DNA of 64,000 nucleotides from Candidatus Colwellbacteria bacterium (GCA_016176525.1 JACOWZ010000003.1:192001-256000), one strand, 5' to 3'; counted from the stretch's first letter, positions 46,248-55,471 are shown. Translations and numbers: made by a program. The notes: generated from the letters alone by a model not told the origin.

Positions 46248-47027
46248 TTACTTAAATAATACCACAAGCTTCTCTATCTGCTCTATGCTCAAATTTTGCG
46301 GGCGGAGACTTGGATCTATACCCACTTTGTTTAGTATTTTTGTTACTTCGTTTTTTGTTATTCTTGTTACTAAGTTATTCAAAATTGTTTTCCTAGGTTG
46401 CTTAAACAGAACTTTTATAAACTTGTAGTAATTAGTTTGTGGCGGGTAGTTTGTAGCGCGTAGTTTTGGGATTAGTTCAATAATTGCTGAATCTACTTTC
46501 GGTTGCGGGCGGAAGGCAGTTTTTTTGACTACGCTTATTATTTTTGGCTCTGCCCAGTATTGCACGCTCGCCGCGAGCAGATTCATCTTTGGCGCTTTCT
46601 GGCAGATTCTATCCGCGACTTCTTTTTGTATGGTAAATACTATTTTTGAGGGTCTTGGTTCAATATCGGCAAGCAGTCGGAATAAATAACCTGTGATGTA
46701 GTAGGGAATATTGCCGCATAGTTTGTAGTGAGTAGTTTGTAGCGTAGTAGATAATTTTGGAAGAATTTTGAGCGCATCGCCTTCAATAAGTTTTAAGTTT
46801 TTAGTTTTTAGTTTTAAGTTCAGCTCACTTACAAGATCCGGATCTTTTTCAATCAGGATGAGTTGCGTTGGTTTTGCGGCGAGCAGGTATTCTGTCAGCT
46901 CTCCATGTCCTGGACCTATTTCTACAACAGTATCAGTAGATTTTATATCCAAAGAATCCACTATTTTTTTAAGTGTGTTCTTGCTTTGTAAAAAGTGTTG
47001 GCCTAATTTTTTGTTGGCTTTAAACAT
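46248..47027 (-). CDS. rsmA: 16S rRNA (adenine1518/1519-N6)-dimethyltransferase
   Basis: LGQHFL and SAM-binding VVEIGPGHGELT motifs. Length is 259 aa. Confidence 0.9.
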   Translation of the reverse strand: MFKANKKLGQHFLQSKNTLKKIVDSLDIKSTDTVVEIGPGHGELTEYLLAAKPTQLILIEKDPDLVSELNLKLKTKNLKLIEGDALKILPKLSTTLQTTHYKLCGNIPYYITGYLFRLLADIEPRPSKIVFTIQKEVADRICQKAPKMNLLAASVQYWAEPKIISVVKKTAFRPQPKVDSAIIELIPKLRATNYPPQTNYYKFIKVLFKQPRKTILNNLVTRITKNEVTKILNKVGIDPSLRPQNLSIEQIEKLVVLFK

Positions 47028-47053
47028 ATGTTTATGCTATAATACATATTAAT

Positions 47054-47076
47054 CGGGAAGTGTTACTTCCCGTTTT
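47054..47076 (+). promoter_or_regulatory. Terminator-like leader hairpin immediately before the M23 peptidase start codon
   Basis: -10 TATAAT at 47038-47043. Then stem CGGGAAGT, loop GTT, stem ACTTCCCG, followed by TTTT 4 nt before the ATG at 47080. Confidence 0.3.
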
Positions 47077-47079
47077 ATT

Positions 47080-48102
47080 ATGCTCGATTTTATTAGATTT
47101 GCTATAGCTAATGCACAAAAGAAGTGGTTTGGGTTTATGCCAGCCGTTTCTATAGTTTTTGGCGCCGGCATAGTAGCGGCGGCGGGTCTCTGGATGGGCC
47201 CCGTGGGGCATGCGCAACAAATTGAACCCCAAAACATTGATCAAACCTTTAACGAAATTGACGAGGCGCTTCTTTACCCTAATTTTAGCCCGGTAATTAG
47301 TTTGTCTGATGGTCCTGATGACTTTGCTGGGTTTGTTCTTGTGGATAAGGGAATATTTTTGAATAATTTTTCTCCCACATCAAATACTAGACCCACTTTT
47401 GGAGGACTTTTGTCATACTCCATTAAAGAAGGTGATTCACTATCAACAATTGCCGCGGAGTTTGGAATTACTACAAACACGATTATTTGGGCTAATAACA
47501 TTAAGAGATCAAATCTTATAAGGCCGGGGCAAGAAATATTAATTTTGCCGGTTTCCGGCGTGCTCCACTCTGTAAAGCCGGGGGAAACACTAGGGTCTAT
47601 TGCTACAATGTATGGAGTTTCCATCGAGAGCATTTCTACATATAACAAAAATGGTGTTGTGGAGGGTGATGTGGTTATAGTCCCATATGCAAAGCCGATC
47701 AAAAGGCTTACATCTGCCAGTTATTTGCCTTCTCTAGACTTGGCGTTTCCGGTTGTAGACGGATACAACTGGGGTTATTTGCATGGAACAAATGCGGTTG
47801 ATATCGCTGCTCGTTGCGGCACGCCGATATTTGCCTCCGCCGACGGTTTAGTTGTAGATGTTGGATCTCCTAAAGCTTACAATCTTGGGTTTGGCGGATT
47901 TATAGAAATTTTGCACGATGAGGCGAGAAATATAAGAACTTTGTATGCGCACACTTCTGACAACGGCACTACGTCGGTTGGAGAAATAGTCAGCCGCGGA
48001 GATGAAATAGCAAAGATTGGCAACACAGGCCGCGTGCACGGCCCAACCGGTTGCCATGTTCACTTAGAAGTTTACGGAGCAAAAAACCCGTTCGTTCGCT
48101 AG
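47080..48102 (+). CDS. LysM-domain M23-family metallopeptidase
   Basis: Two LysM repeats (DSLSTIAAEFGITTNTI and ETLGSIATMYGVSIESI) and an M23 catalytic HxxxD...HxH region (HGPTGCHVHLEV). Confidence 0.85.
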   Translation: MLDFIRFAIANAQKKWFGFMPAVSIVFGAGIVAAAGLWMGPVGHAQQIEPQNIDQTFNEIDEALLYPNFSPVISLSDGPDDFAGFVLVDKGIFLNNFSPTSNTRPTFGGLLSYSIKEGDSLSTIAAEFGITTNTIIWANNIKRSNLIRPGQEILILPVSGVLHSVKPGETLGSIATMYGVSIESISTYNKNGVVEGDVVIVPYAKPIKRLTSASYLPSLDLAFPVVDGYNWGYLHGTNAVDIAARCGTPIFASADGLVVDVGSPKAYNLGFGGFIEILHDEARNIRTLYAHTSDNGTTSVGEIVSRGDEIAKIGNTGRVHGPTGCHVHLEVYGAKNPFVR

Positions 48103-48110
48103 TTGTCTCC

Positions 48111-49634
48111 CTATTCTTTTACTTTTAGTTGATAGGCCTCGGCTAAATGGTTGTGGTCAATTTTTTCTTGATTTTCTAAGTCTGCTATAGTGCGGGCGGT
48201 TTTTAATATTCTATAGTATCCTCGCGCAGATATTAATGATTTTTCTAAAATTGTTTTTACAAATTCTTCTGCTTCGGCAGTAAGTTCAATTAATTTGTCG
48301 CATTCTTTTGAGCTCATTTCGGAGTTTGTAACAACATCCAAACCAGCAGTCTTAAATCTTTTTGCCTGGATTTCTCTTGCGCGGCGAACTTTTAGTTTTA
48401 ATTCTTCGGATTCTTTGGATTTTTGCGAGGGCTTTTTAAGATGCTCAATTTTTACACGTGGCACCGTTATTTGTATGTCAATTCTGTCTAATAGGGGTCC
48501 TGATATTTTCTTTTGATATTTAAATATTTGGAAAGCAGAGCACTCGCACGTTTTTTCCGGGTCTTCGTGGAATCCGCACGGACATGGGTTCATTGCTGCA
48601 GCGAGTATAAATCTGGCGGGGAAGTTTAAGTGCCCCTTTGCGCGCGAAACCACAACTTCGCCGGCCTCAAGCGGCTGGCGCAGGCCTTCTAGAATGTCGC
48701 GGCGAAATTCCGGCAATTCGTCTAAAAATAGAACCCCGCGGTGCGCAAGGCTTATCTCGCCGGGTTTTGGAGTTTGCCCGCCTCCTATAATGGATGCAGG
48801 GGAAGCAGTGTGGTGCGGCGCCCTAAAAGGTCGCTGGGTTATAAATTTGTCTTTTAACATCCCCGTCGCGCTCCATATTTGCGAAGCTTCTAACGCCTCT
48901 TGCAATGTAAGTGGCGGCAATATTGAGTTTAGCGCCTGTGCAAGCATTGTTTTGCCGGAGCCCGGCGGACCGCTCATCAATATGTTATGCCCGCCTGCGG
49001 CGGCAATTGCAAGCGCGCGCTTTGCATATTCGTTGCCTTTTATTTCTGATATGTCTACCGTATATTCTGCGCTTGGTTTAAATTTGGTTTTGGATTTCGC
49101 TCTAATTTTATTTATTTCTTCAAAGTGGTTTAAAAGTTCTTCTAAATTCTCTACAGGGATAATTTCTAAGCCGCCGACCAAGCTTGCTTCTTTGGTGTTT
49201 TCGCGCGGCATATATAAAGTTTTAAATTTTTTTGACTTTGCAAGGAGCGCAAAATTAAGCGCTCCGGCAACAGGCCGGAGTGCGCCATTTAACGCGAGTT
49301 CGCCTATAAAAAGTTTGCCCTCGGTTTGGATTTTATTTATTTGCTCTGTCGCAAGCAAATAGGCGATTGCAATACCAAGGTCGTATTGCGAGCCGGTTTT
49401 CTTAATATCAGCGGGCGCAAGGTTTACTGTTATCTTTCTATTTTCTTTATTTGGAGGCTTTACGCCGCTGTTTTTTAACGCAGAGTTTACACGTTCTTTT
49501 GCTTCTTGTGTGGCTTTGTCTGCTAATCCTACTATATTAAAACTGTGGAGACCTACGTTTACGTCAACTTCAATTTCTATGGGCCGTGCATGTATGCCCT
49601 CCAGTTCGGCACAGTAAGTTTTGGCGAACGACAT
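48111..49634 (-). CDS. comM: YifB/ComM Mg-chelatase-like AAA+ ATPase
   Basis: Walker A SGPPGSGKTM. The family layout is present: N-terminal Lon-like domain plus ChlI-like ATPase. Confidence 0.88.
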   Translation of the reverse strand: MSFAKTYCAELEGIHARPIEIEVDVNVGLHSFNIVGLADKATQEAKERVNSALKNSGVKPPNKENRKITVNLAPADIKKTGSQYDLGIAIAYLLATEQINKIQTEGKLFIGELALNGALRPVAGALNFALLAKSKKFKTLYMPRENTKEASLVGGLEIIPVENLEELLNHFEEINKIRAKSKTKFKPSAEYTVDISEIKGNEYAKRALAIAAAGGHNILMSGPPGSGKTMLAQALNSILPPLTLQEALEASQIWSATGMLKDKFITQRPFRAPHHTASPASIIGGGQTPKPGEISLAHRGVLFLDELPEFRRDILEGLRQPLEAGEVVVSRAKGHLNFPARFILAAAMNPCPCGFHEDPEKTCECSAFQIFKYQKKISGPLLDRIDIQITVPRVKIEHLKKPSQKSKESEELKLKVRRAREIQAKRFKTAGLDVVTNSEMSSKECDKLIELTAEAEEFVKTILEKSLISARGYYRILKTARTIADLENQEKIDHNHLAEAYQLKVKE

Positions 49635-49973
49635 TTATACGTTTTGTTTACAATTCCTGCAAAGGCGGGATTCTGGTGCGGCTTGGAGCACCTCTTTCTC
49701 TATGTGGTTCCCGCAGTTTTCGCATATGCCATATTTGCCTTCTCTGATTTTTAAGAGCGCCCGTTCGTCGTCTGCGCGCCGCTTTTTTAGTTCGTCTGCG
49801 GCTGCACCGCGGTTTTCTAGCTCCTCGTCTTCGTCGGCTTCTTCTTCGTTTTTATCGCCAATATCGTCGCCGAAATCAGTTGGAGTTTCCAGCTCTTTAA
49901 TTTCTTTATTTAGTCTTTTTATATCTTTTGTAAGCTGGGCTCCAAACTTTTTTATATCTTCTTTTGTTAGCAT
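49635..49973 (-). CDS. DksA/TraR-family C4 zinc-finger protein
   Basis: CENCGNHI...CRNC four-cysteine finger at the C-terminus, with an acidic coiled-coil N-terminus. Confidence 0.7.
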   Translation of the reverse strand: MLTKEDIKKFGAQLTKDIKRLNKEIKELETPTDFGDDIGDKNEEEADEDEELENRGAAADELKKRRADDERALLKIREGKYGICENCGNHIEKEVLQAAPESRLCRNCKQNV

Positions 49974-49977
49974 GGTT

Positions 49978-50613
49978 CTATTTTACTAGGGCTTCTATCT
50001 TTTTCAAATCCACAGAGTTTTCTATAAGTAGAGTTTGTATACCGAGCTGGGCCGGGATTACTAAATCTTTTTCGGCGTTGTCGCCCACTGCCAATATTTC
50101 TGATGGTGAAAAAACAGTCAGAATCTCTGTGTAATATTTTTCTGAAGGTTTCATTGTTCCCACGTCAGTTGAGGTAATAACACCGTCAAAATAATCTAAA
50201 ATACCCAGATTTTTGAGTTTACTTAGCGCTTTTTCGCGGTCTTCGTCTTCGGTAATTACGAATAGTTTTATTTTTTTATTTTTTAGTTTTGAGAGTATTT
50301 CTTTAACACCAGGCAGAAGTTCAATTTTTTTAAGCACTATCTCCATCATTTTTGCATACATTTTGTTTACAGTATTTGCGGCTCCAAACTTGTCTGCGAG
50401 TTTGCCGTAAGAATACATGCGATTGCGCATTTTCGGGTCTTTAGAATCTTTTATTTTTGCAACAGTTTTTTGCCACTCGTTGTAGAGTATATCCCTCGGT
50501 TGGTTTATTTCGCGGGCGAGCACATCTATTGCCGCGCTGTCGGCAAACTTTGCCGCCTCGCGGGTGGAATACAGTGTGTTGTCTGCATCAAACGCAACGC
50601 ATTTAATTTTCAT
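49978..50613 (-). CDS. HAD-superfamily hydrolase
   Basis: Motif I FDADNTL and motif IV GDNAEKD. Confidence 0.7.
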   Translation of the reverse strand: MKIKCVAFDADNTLYSTREAAKFADSAAIDVLAREINQPRDILYNEWQKTVAKIKDSKDPKMRNRMYSYGKLADKFGAANTVNKMYAKMMEIVLKKIELLPGVKEILSKLKNKKIKLFVITEDEDREKALSKLKNLGILDYFDGVITSTDVGTMKPSEKYYTEILTVFSPSEILAVGDNAEKDLVIPAQLGIQTLLIENSVDLKKIEALVK

Positions 50614-51557
50614 TTAGTAATTTCTTTTATAGTTTTTTGCATTTCTTCAACTTTTGTTGAATCTGTAACAATTATTTTGTGGGCAAGTCTTTCTAGATTT
50701 TCTGAATCAATTTTTACCGGATAATATTCTTTCATATTCTTACTCTTTAGATATTCTTTACCTAAATTTTCGTCGGCTGCAATTAGATAGTCCAATTTAT
50801 TTCGGCCGGTGTATTTTAGAATTTCTTTAACATGGTCGCTTGCGGTGAATTTATATGTTTCGCCGGGCTTGGCGAGCAGGTTGCAGGTGTAGATCATTTT
50901 TGCTTTTGAACTTTGTATCGCTTCTTTTATTCCTTTAGGTAAAAAACATGGTAAGACGCTTGAATACAGGTCGCCCGGGCCGATTATTATATAGTCTGCT
51001 GCGCCTATTGCATCAATAAGCTTGGGGTATCCATTGGCAGTAGGTGTTAGCCAGATTTTTACGATTTTTAGCTTTATATCTCTATTTGGGCGTGCAACAT
51101 CTATTGGGTCTTCACCCTCAATTACATCACCGTTTTCAAGCTCTGCAAAAAGTTCAACTTTTTGCTCTGTGGCCGGAAAGCACTGCGCTTTTACCTTTAA
51201 AAAATCGTGCAGTATCGCGAGTGTTTTCTCGTAGTCGCCGGTTATTTTCTCCAAACCTGCTATAAAGACGTTCGCAAAATTGTGGCCTTTGTGGCCATCT
51301 TCAAAAACTAGGTCATTTGCAAACCTAAATTTCCAAAGTTCTTTTTTCCAGTCTTCTGCATCAGACAGTGCAAGAAGATGCCGTCTAATATCACCCATTG
51401 CGTGGACACCGAACTCTTTTCTTAACGCTCCGGTTGACCCGCCATTGTCTGTCATTGAAGTTGCGGTTGTAATATCCAAGTTTAGTTTTTTTAGAGCCGG
51501 CAAAACCAGGCTTGGCAGTGCCGACCCGCCGCCGAATGCGACAACTTTTTTACTCAT
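50610..51557 (-). CDS. YvcK/UPF0052 (CofD-like) gluconeogenesis-factor family protein
   Basis: GGGSALPSL and DNGGSTG motifs. Length is 315 aa. Confidence 0.75.
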   Translation of the reverse strand: MSKKVVAFGGGSALPSLVLPALKKLNLDITTATSMTDNGGSTGALRKEFGVHAMGDIRRHLLALSDAEDWKKELWKFRFANDLVFEDGHKGHNFANVFIAGLEKITGDYEKTLAILHDFLKVKAQCFPATEQKVELFAELENGDVIEGEDPIDVARPNRDIKLKIVKIWLTPTANGYPKLIDAIGAADYIIIGPGDLYSSVLPCFLPKGIKEAIQSSKAKMIYTCNLLAKPGETYKFTASDHVKEILKYTGRNKLDYLIAADENLGKEYLKSKNMKEYYPVKIDSENLERLAHKIIVTDSTKVEEMQKTIKEITK

Positions 51558-52825
51558 TTGGCATAATTTATATTTTCTCTCTTTTCGTAGACTATACTCC
51601 CCGATGGAACATTGCCCTTAACTTCCGTGCCAGAGCCGATAATGCAGTTTGCGCCTATTATTGTCCCGGGCATTGTTGCAACATTAACTCCTGCTTTTGT
51701 ATTTTCGCCGATTATACAACCCAAAGACTTTTTGCCGGAATCAACTTGTTCGCCTTTAACTATAAATTTTATATTTGCGCGGTCTAGCCTGCGGTTTGCG
51801 GATATAAAGTTTGCACCCAATCTGCAGTTTTGCCCGATTACGCTATCTCCTATAAAGCCAGAATGAATATGTGTCCCTTCGAGTATTACACTGCGGGTCA
51901 CTTCTGTGTTCATTCCAATAATACAGCCGTCTTCTATTATTGAGTTTTCTCTTATAAGGGCGTTATTTCCTATGCGGCAGTTTTTACCAATATATACGGG
52001 GCCCTTTATAACAGCATTTTCAAATATTCGTGAACCTTCGCTTATTTCTACCGCTCCTTCTATTACTGCGCTTTTTGCGATTTTTACGCCTTTTGCTATT
52101 TTTTTGCGCTTAATACGGCTTGTTAGTTCCCTTGCTTTATTTAACAGATCAAAAGCATATTTTGTTGAGCTTGGGGCCTCGTCTATAAAGGCCGCCCGCG
52201 AGTTATTTTCTTTTGAATATAAACTTATAGCGTCTTCAAACGCATATTGGTGCTCATTGATGCGTTTGTAGTAGTCTAAAAAGTTTTGCGGCAGATAGTA
52301 AATACCCACAACTCTTTGGTTTGATGGTGCGCCCACGCCCGGTTTTTCATGTATTGCGATTATTTTATCTTGTATATTTGGATCAAATTCTGCAATTCCA
52401 TATTTATAGGTGTCTTTAGTCGGAGAGCATAAAAGAGCCAGCTCTGCTCCGGTTTTCTCTGATTTTTCAATAAGATGCTTAATATAATCGCTTGCGTCGT
52501 GGCGGTCGGCGTTAAAAACTATAAAATTCGAATCTATATGATTCGCAGCGTGTAGTAGGGCATTGCCCATTCCTTTGGGTTCGGGTTGCAAAACAAAAAT
52601 TACATTATCTAAACCATTTAGGGCATCGCGAAATTTTTCTTCTTGCCCCGGACCGTGCACTATAATTACTTTATTTGCTCCGCTATTTAATGCAGACTCA
52701 ATACTGTGTCGGATAAGTTCTTTCCCTAGCAGTTTTGTAAGAGACTTATGCCTATTTTCTGCAAGCGGCGCGAATCTTGAACTCTCACCGGCAGATAGAA
52801 CTATGACAGTAAATTTCTTGGACAT
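51554..52825 (-). CDS. Bifunctional-type sugar-phosphate nucleotidyltransferase plus left-handed beta-helix acyltransferase (GlmU-like architecture)
   Basis: N-terminal NTP-transferase fold (VIVLSAGESSRF). The C-terminus has hexapeptide repeats (IGANCIIGSGTEVKGNV). Confidence 0.7.
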   Translation of the reverse strand: MSKKFTVIVLSAGESSRFAPLAENRHKSLTKLLGKELIRHSIESALNSGANKVIIVHGPGQEEKFRDALNGLDNVIFVLQPEPKGMGNALLHAANHIDSNFIVFNADRHDASDYIKHLIEKSEKTGAELALLCSPTKDTYKYGIAEFDPNIQDKIIAIHEKPGVGAPSNQRVVGIYYLPQNFLDYYKRINEHQYAFEDAISLYSKENNSRAAFIDEAPSSTKYAFDLLNKARELTSRIKRKKIAKGVKIAKSAVIEGAVEISEGSRIFENAVIKGPVYIGKNCRIGNNALIRENSIIEDGCIIGMNTEVTRSVILEGTHIHSGFIGDSVIGQNCRLGANFISANRRLDRANIKFIVKGEQVDSGKKSLGCIIGENTKAGVNVATMPGTIIGANCIIGSGTEVKGNVPSGSIVYEKRENINYAK

Positions 52826-52896
52826 TTGAGTAAAATAGAACCATTATTTGAGACCAAAATCAAGCAATTAAGTAATTTTTAGAGTATAATTGAATT

Positions 52897-53472
52897 ATGT
52901 TAAGGACTCTTAAAGGCACGCTCACGGCCAAACATGATGTGTATATTGTTGTAGATGTCCATGGTGTAGGTCTTAGAGTAAATGTGCCACAGACTGTTTT
53001 CTCGGTGCTCCCTAAAGATGGCGCCGAAGTACAGCTGTATACCCATATGCATGTGCGCGAGGATGCAATTAATTTGTACGGCTTTTTATCCGAGCGTGAG
53101 CTTAACTTTTTTGAAATACTCTTAACGGTTTCTGGCGTAGGCCCTAAGATTGCAATCGCTGTAATGTCTGTGGCCCCGATTGGAAAACTCTCTGCTGCTA
53201 TTGCCTCCGGCGATGCTGCGATTCTCCAAAAATCTTTCGGCATCGGCAAAAAGACAGCGGAGCGCATTGTTATGGAACTTAAAGAAAAATTGGATGTGGG
53301 TGATGGAGGAATTCTTGTGCGTGCCATGGAGGTCGACCACGATGTTTTGGAGGCTTTAGTTTCTTTGGGCTACACACGCGCGCAGGCAAAGAGTGCGCTT
53401 TCTAAGGTTGACGCCAAAATCACTATCGCTGAAGAACGGCTTAGGCAAGCTCTTAAGATAATCAAATCATAG
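52897..53472 (+). CDS. ruvA: Holliday junction DNA helicase subunit RuvA
   Basis: OB-fold N-terminus, helix-hairpin-helix pairs (VSGVGPKIAIAV), and domain III. Confidence 0.88.
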   Translation: MLRTLKGTLTAKHDVYIVVDVHGVGLRVNVPQTVFSVLPKDGAEVQLYTHMHVREDAINLYGFLSERELNFFEILLTVSGVGPKIAIAVMSVAPIGKLSAAIASGDAAILQKSFGIGKKTAERIVMELKEKLDVGDGGILVRAMEVDHDVLEALVSLGYTRAQAKSALSKVDAKITIAEERLRQALKIIKS

Positions 53473-53543
53473 ATACAAATTCTTGACTAAATCTAGTTTT
53501 TAATCCTTAATTGACTTAAGGTTTCTTTAACAACCAAACAAGG

Positions 53544-53924
53544 ATGTGTAAAACTTTGGGGACTAGAACAGATCGCCATGGAATAGAATATTTTGTGCCA
53601 GATGGTTGGTCGTTCAGAACGGATCATAATGGTTATGGTGTGGTAGTTCCCCCCGGCGGTGGCATGAGAACAGATAGAAATGGGAATGGTCATGCTGTTG
53701 GTGGGGATGAGACATTCAGAACAGACCATAATGGAAATGGTGTAGTTGTACCCACGGGCGGCCAAATGAGAACGGATCGTCATGGGGAAGGACACGCTGT
53801 TCCAGAGGGTTGGAGCTTTAAGACGGATCCCGATGGCCACGGCCACACTGTTCCTCCAGGTGGACGGCTTAAGTACGAAAGTTTACCGTCCGGCGGCGGA
53901 TTTTATTACGTTGATTACGGCTAG
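53544..53924 (+). CDS. His-rich tandem-repeat protein (about six 17-aa RTD-x-NG-x-G units)
   Basis: Alternating FRTDHNG(Y/N)GVVVP and MRTDR(N/H)G(N/E)GHAV units. A strong terminator directly follows the TAG stop. The antisense ORF 53493-53846 is judged to be its shadow. Confidence 0.5.
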   Translation: MCKTLGTRTDRHGIEYFVPDGWSFRTDHNGYGVVVPPGGGMRTDRNGNGHAVGGDETFRTDHNGNGVVVPTGGQMRTDRHGEGHAVPEGWSFKTDPDGHGHTVPPGGRLKYESLPSGGGFYYVDYG

Positions 53925-53945
53925 ATGAGTATCTAGCCTTTTTTT
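53919..53945 (+). terminator. Strong rho-independent terminator
   Basis: GGCTAGAT, loop GAGT, ATCTAGCC, then TTTTTTT. Confidence 0.75.
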
Positions 53946-53972
53946 GTTTGTTGTTATAATAGTGTATAAGCT

Positions 53973-55172
53973 ATGCTGAATCTTATAAAGAGTGTTTACC
54001 ATCGTTTTTTATCTTTTATTGGCCCCATTTTATACGGTTTCCCGTCGCGAAAACTTTTTGTAATTGGTGTAACTGGCACGAAGGGCAAGACGACTACTAT
54101 TGAGCTTATCAATGCCGGGTTGGAGGCCGCGGGGCACAAAACCGCAATAAGCTCTTCTTATAGGAGAAAAATTGGCGATAAATCTGATTATAAAGGCGGT
54201 AACACAATGCCCGGCAGATTTTTTTTGCAGAAGTTTTTACGTAACGCGGCAAAAGAAGGGTGCAAATATGCAATTATTGAAGTTACATCCGAAGGTGTAG
54301 CCCAATATAGGCACCGTGGAATTGATTTTGACGCAGCCGTGTTTCTAAACTTACATCCGGAACATATTGAGTCGCATGGAAGTTTTGAAAAATATCGGGC
54401 TGCAAAGGTTAGATTTTTTGAGGACGTTAGAAAATATTCGCATAAAGACAACAAGAATTTTTTTATCAACCGCGAGGATGCGAACTCAAAATATTTTGAG
54501 GAAGCAGCAAAAGGGGAAAACATTATTTTGTATGGCAAAAGCGATCTAAAAAAACAAATGGCCGGTGAATTTAATAAGCTGAATATTGGCGCGGCAGAAG
54601 CAGTGTTAAAAGCAGTTGGTGTTTCGCGCGAAACAATTGAAAAAACTTTTCTAGCTTTTAATGGTGTGCCAGGCAGGATGGAATATGTACAACGCGAACC
54701 TTTCGCGGTAGTTGTTGATTACGCACACACACCCGATAGTTTAGAGGCAGTGTACAAAACCCTAACGAGCGGTGTTATGATTGATCATAACACCGAGAAC
54801 AAGAGAGATTTGGTTTGTGTTCTTGGTTCTGCAGGCGGCGGCAGGGATAAATGGAAGCGGCCCAAAATGGGTGAGATTGCCGCAAAATATTGCAGAGAAA
54901 TTATTTTGACCAACGAAGATCCCTACGATGAGGACCCTAACCAGATTTTATCGGAGATAAAATCTGGAATTTCAAATTTCAAATTTCAAATTTCAAATTT
55001 GTACGAAATTCTTGATAGAAAGGAGGCGATTAAAAAAGCGATATCACTCGCAAAGCTGGGAGATGCGGTTGTAATTACAGGAAAGGGCAGTGAGCCGTAT
55101 ATTCACGTTAAAGGTGGCAAAACTCTTCCGTGGTCAGACAAAAAAGCAGTGGAGAAAGCTCTGTCGAGTTGA
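53973..55172 (+). CDS. Mur ligase family protein (MurE/MurF-like UDP-MurNAc-peptide ligase)
   Basis: P-loop VTGTKGKTTT and Mur ligase middle and C-terminal domains. It contains an in-frame AATTTCA x3.7 heptamer repeat at 54958-54985. Confidence 0.8.
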   Translation: MLNLIKSVYHRFLSFIGPILYGFPSRKLFVIGVTGTKGKTTTIELINAGLEAAGHKTAISSSYRRKIGDKSDYKGGNTMPGRFFLQKFLRNAAKEGCKYAIIEVTSEGVAQYRHRGIDFDAAVFLNLHPEHIESHGSFEKYRAAKVRFFEDVRKYSHKDNKNFFINREDANSKYFEEAAKGENIILYGKSDLKKQMAGEFNKLNIGAAEAVLKAVGVSRETIEKTFLAFNGVPGRMEYVQREPFAVVVDYAHTPDSLEAVYKTLTSGVMIDHNTENKRDLVCVLGSAGGGRDKWKRPKMGEIAAKYCREIILTNEDPYDEDPNQILSEIKSGISNFKFQISNLYEILDRKEAIKKAISLAKLGDAVVITGKGSEPYIHVKGGKTLPWSDKKAVEKALSS

Positions 55173-55236
55173 CAAATCAGTTAGGTAGTTTTATTTTGTT
55201 TATAGTGCCAAGTTCTTTGGCAGACAAAAATAGGAA

Positions 55237-55458
55237 GTGAATGGAAGTATGGAAAAAATTAAATGGTTGCTTACTACTTGGGGCTTTTTCCTCGTAGTTG
55301 GAGGAGCTGTCCTTCTAAACGCAGTTGTGTACGGAGATGTTCTCCAGTTTCTCTGGGGCATGGCATCAGTCGGAGCTTTTATGCTCTTTTACCCTTTGGT
55401 GCACAAACTGAACAATCGCCCACAGCAATTTTTGCTCCTCGCCATTAAAAAGGAGTGA
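55237..55458 (+). CDS. Small two-TM membrane protein, hypothetical
   Basis: 73-aa ORF followed by a hairpin terminator. Confidence 0.4.
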   Translation: MNGSMEKIKWLLTTWGFFLVVGGAVLLNAVVYGDVLQFLWGMASVGAFMLFYPLVHKLNNRPQQFLLLAIKKE

Positions 55459-55471
55459 GTACAACTACGCG

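Noticed and set aside
53493-53846. 117-aa minus-strand ORF antisense to the RTD-repeat gene
   Set aside because: It is a shadow ORF in tandem-repeat DNA. The plus-strand frame has a terminator directly after its stop and a more protein-like repeat.
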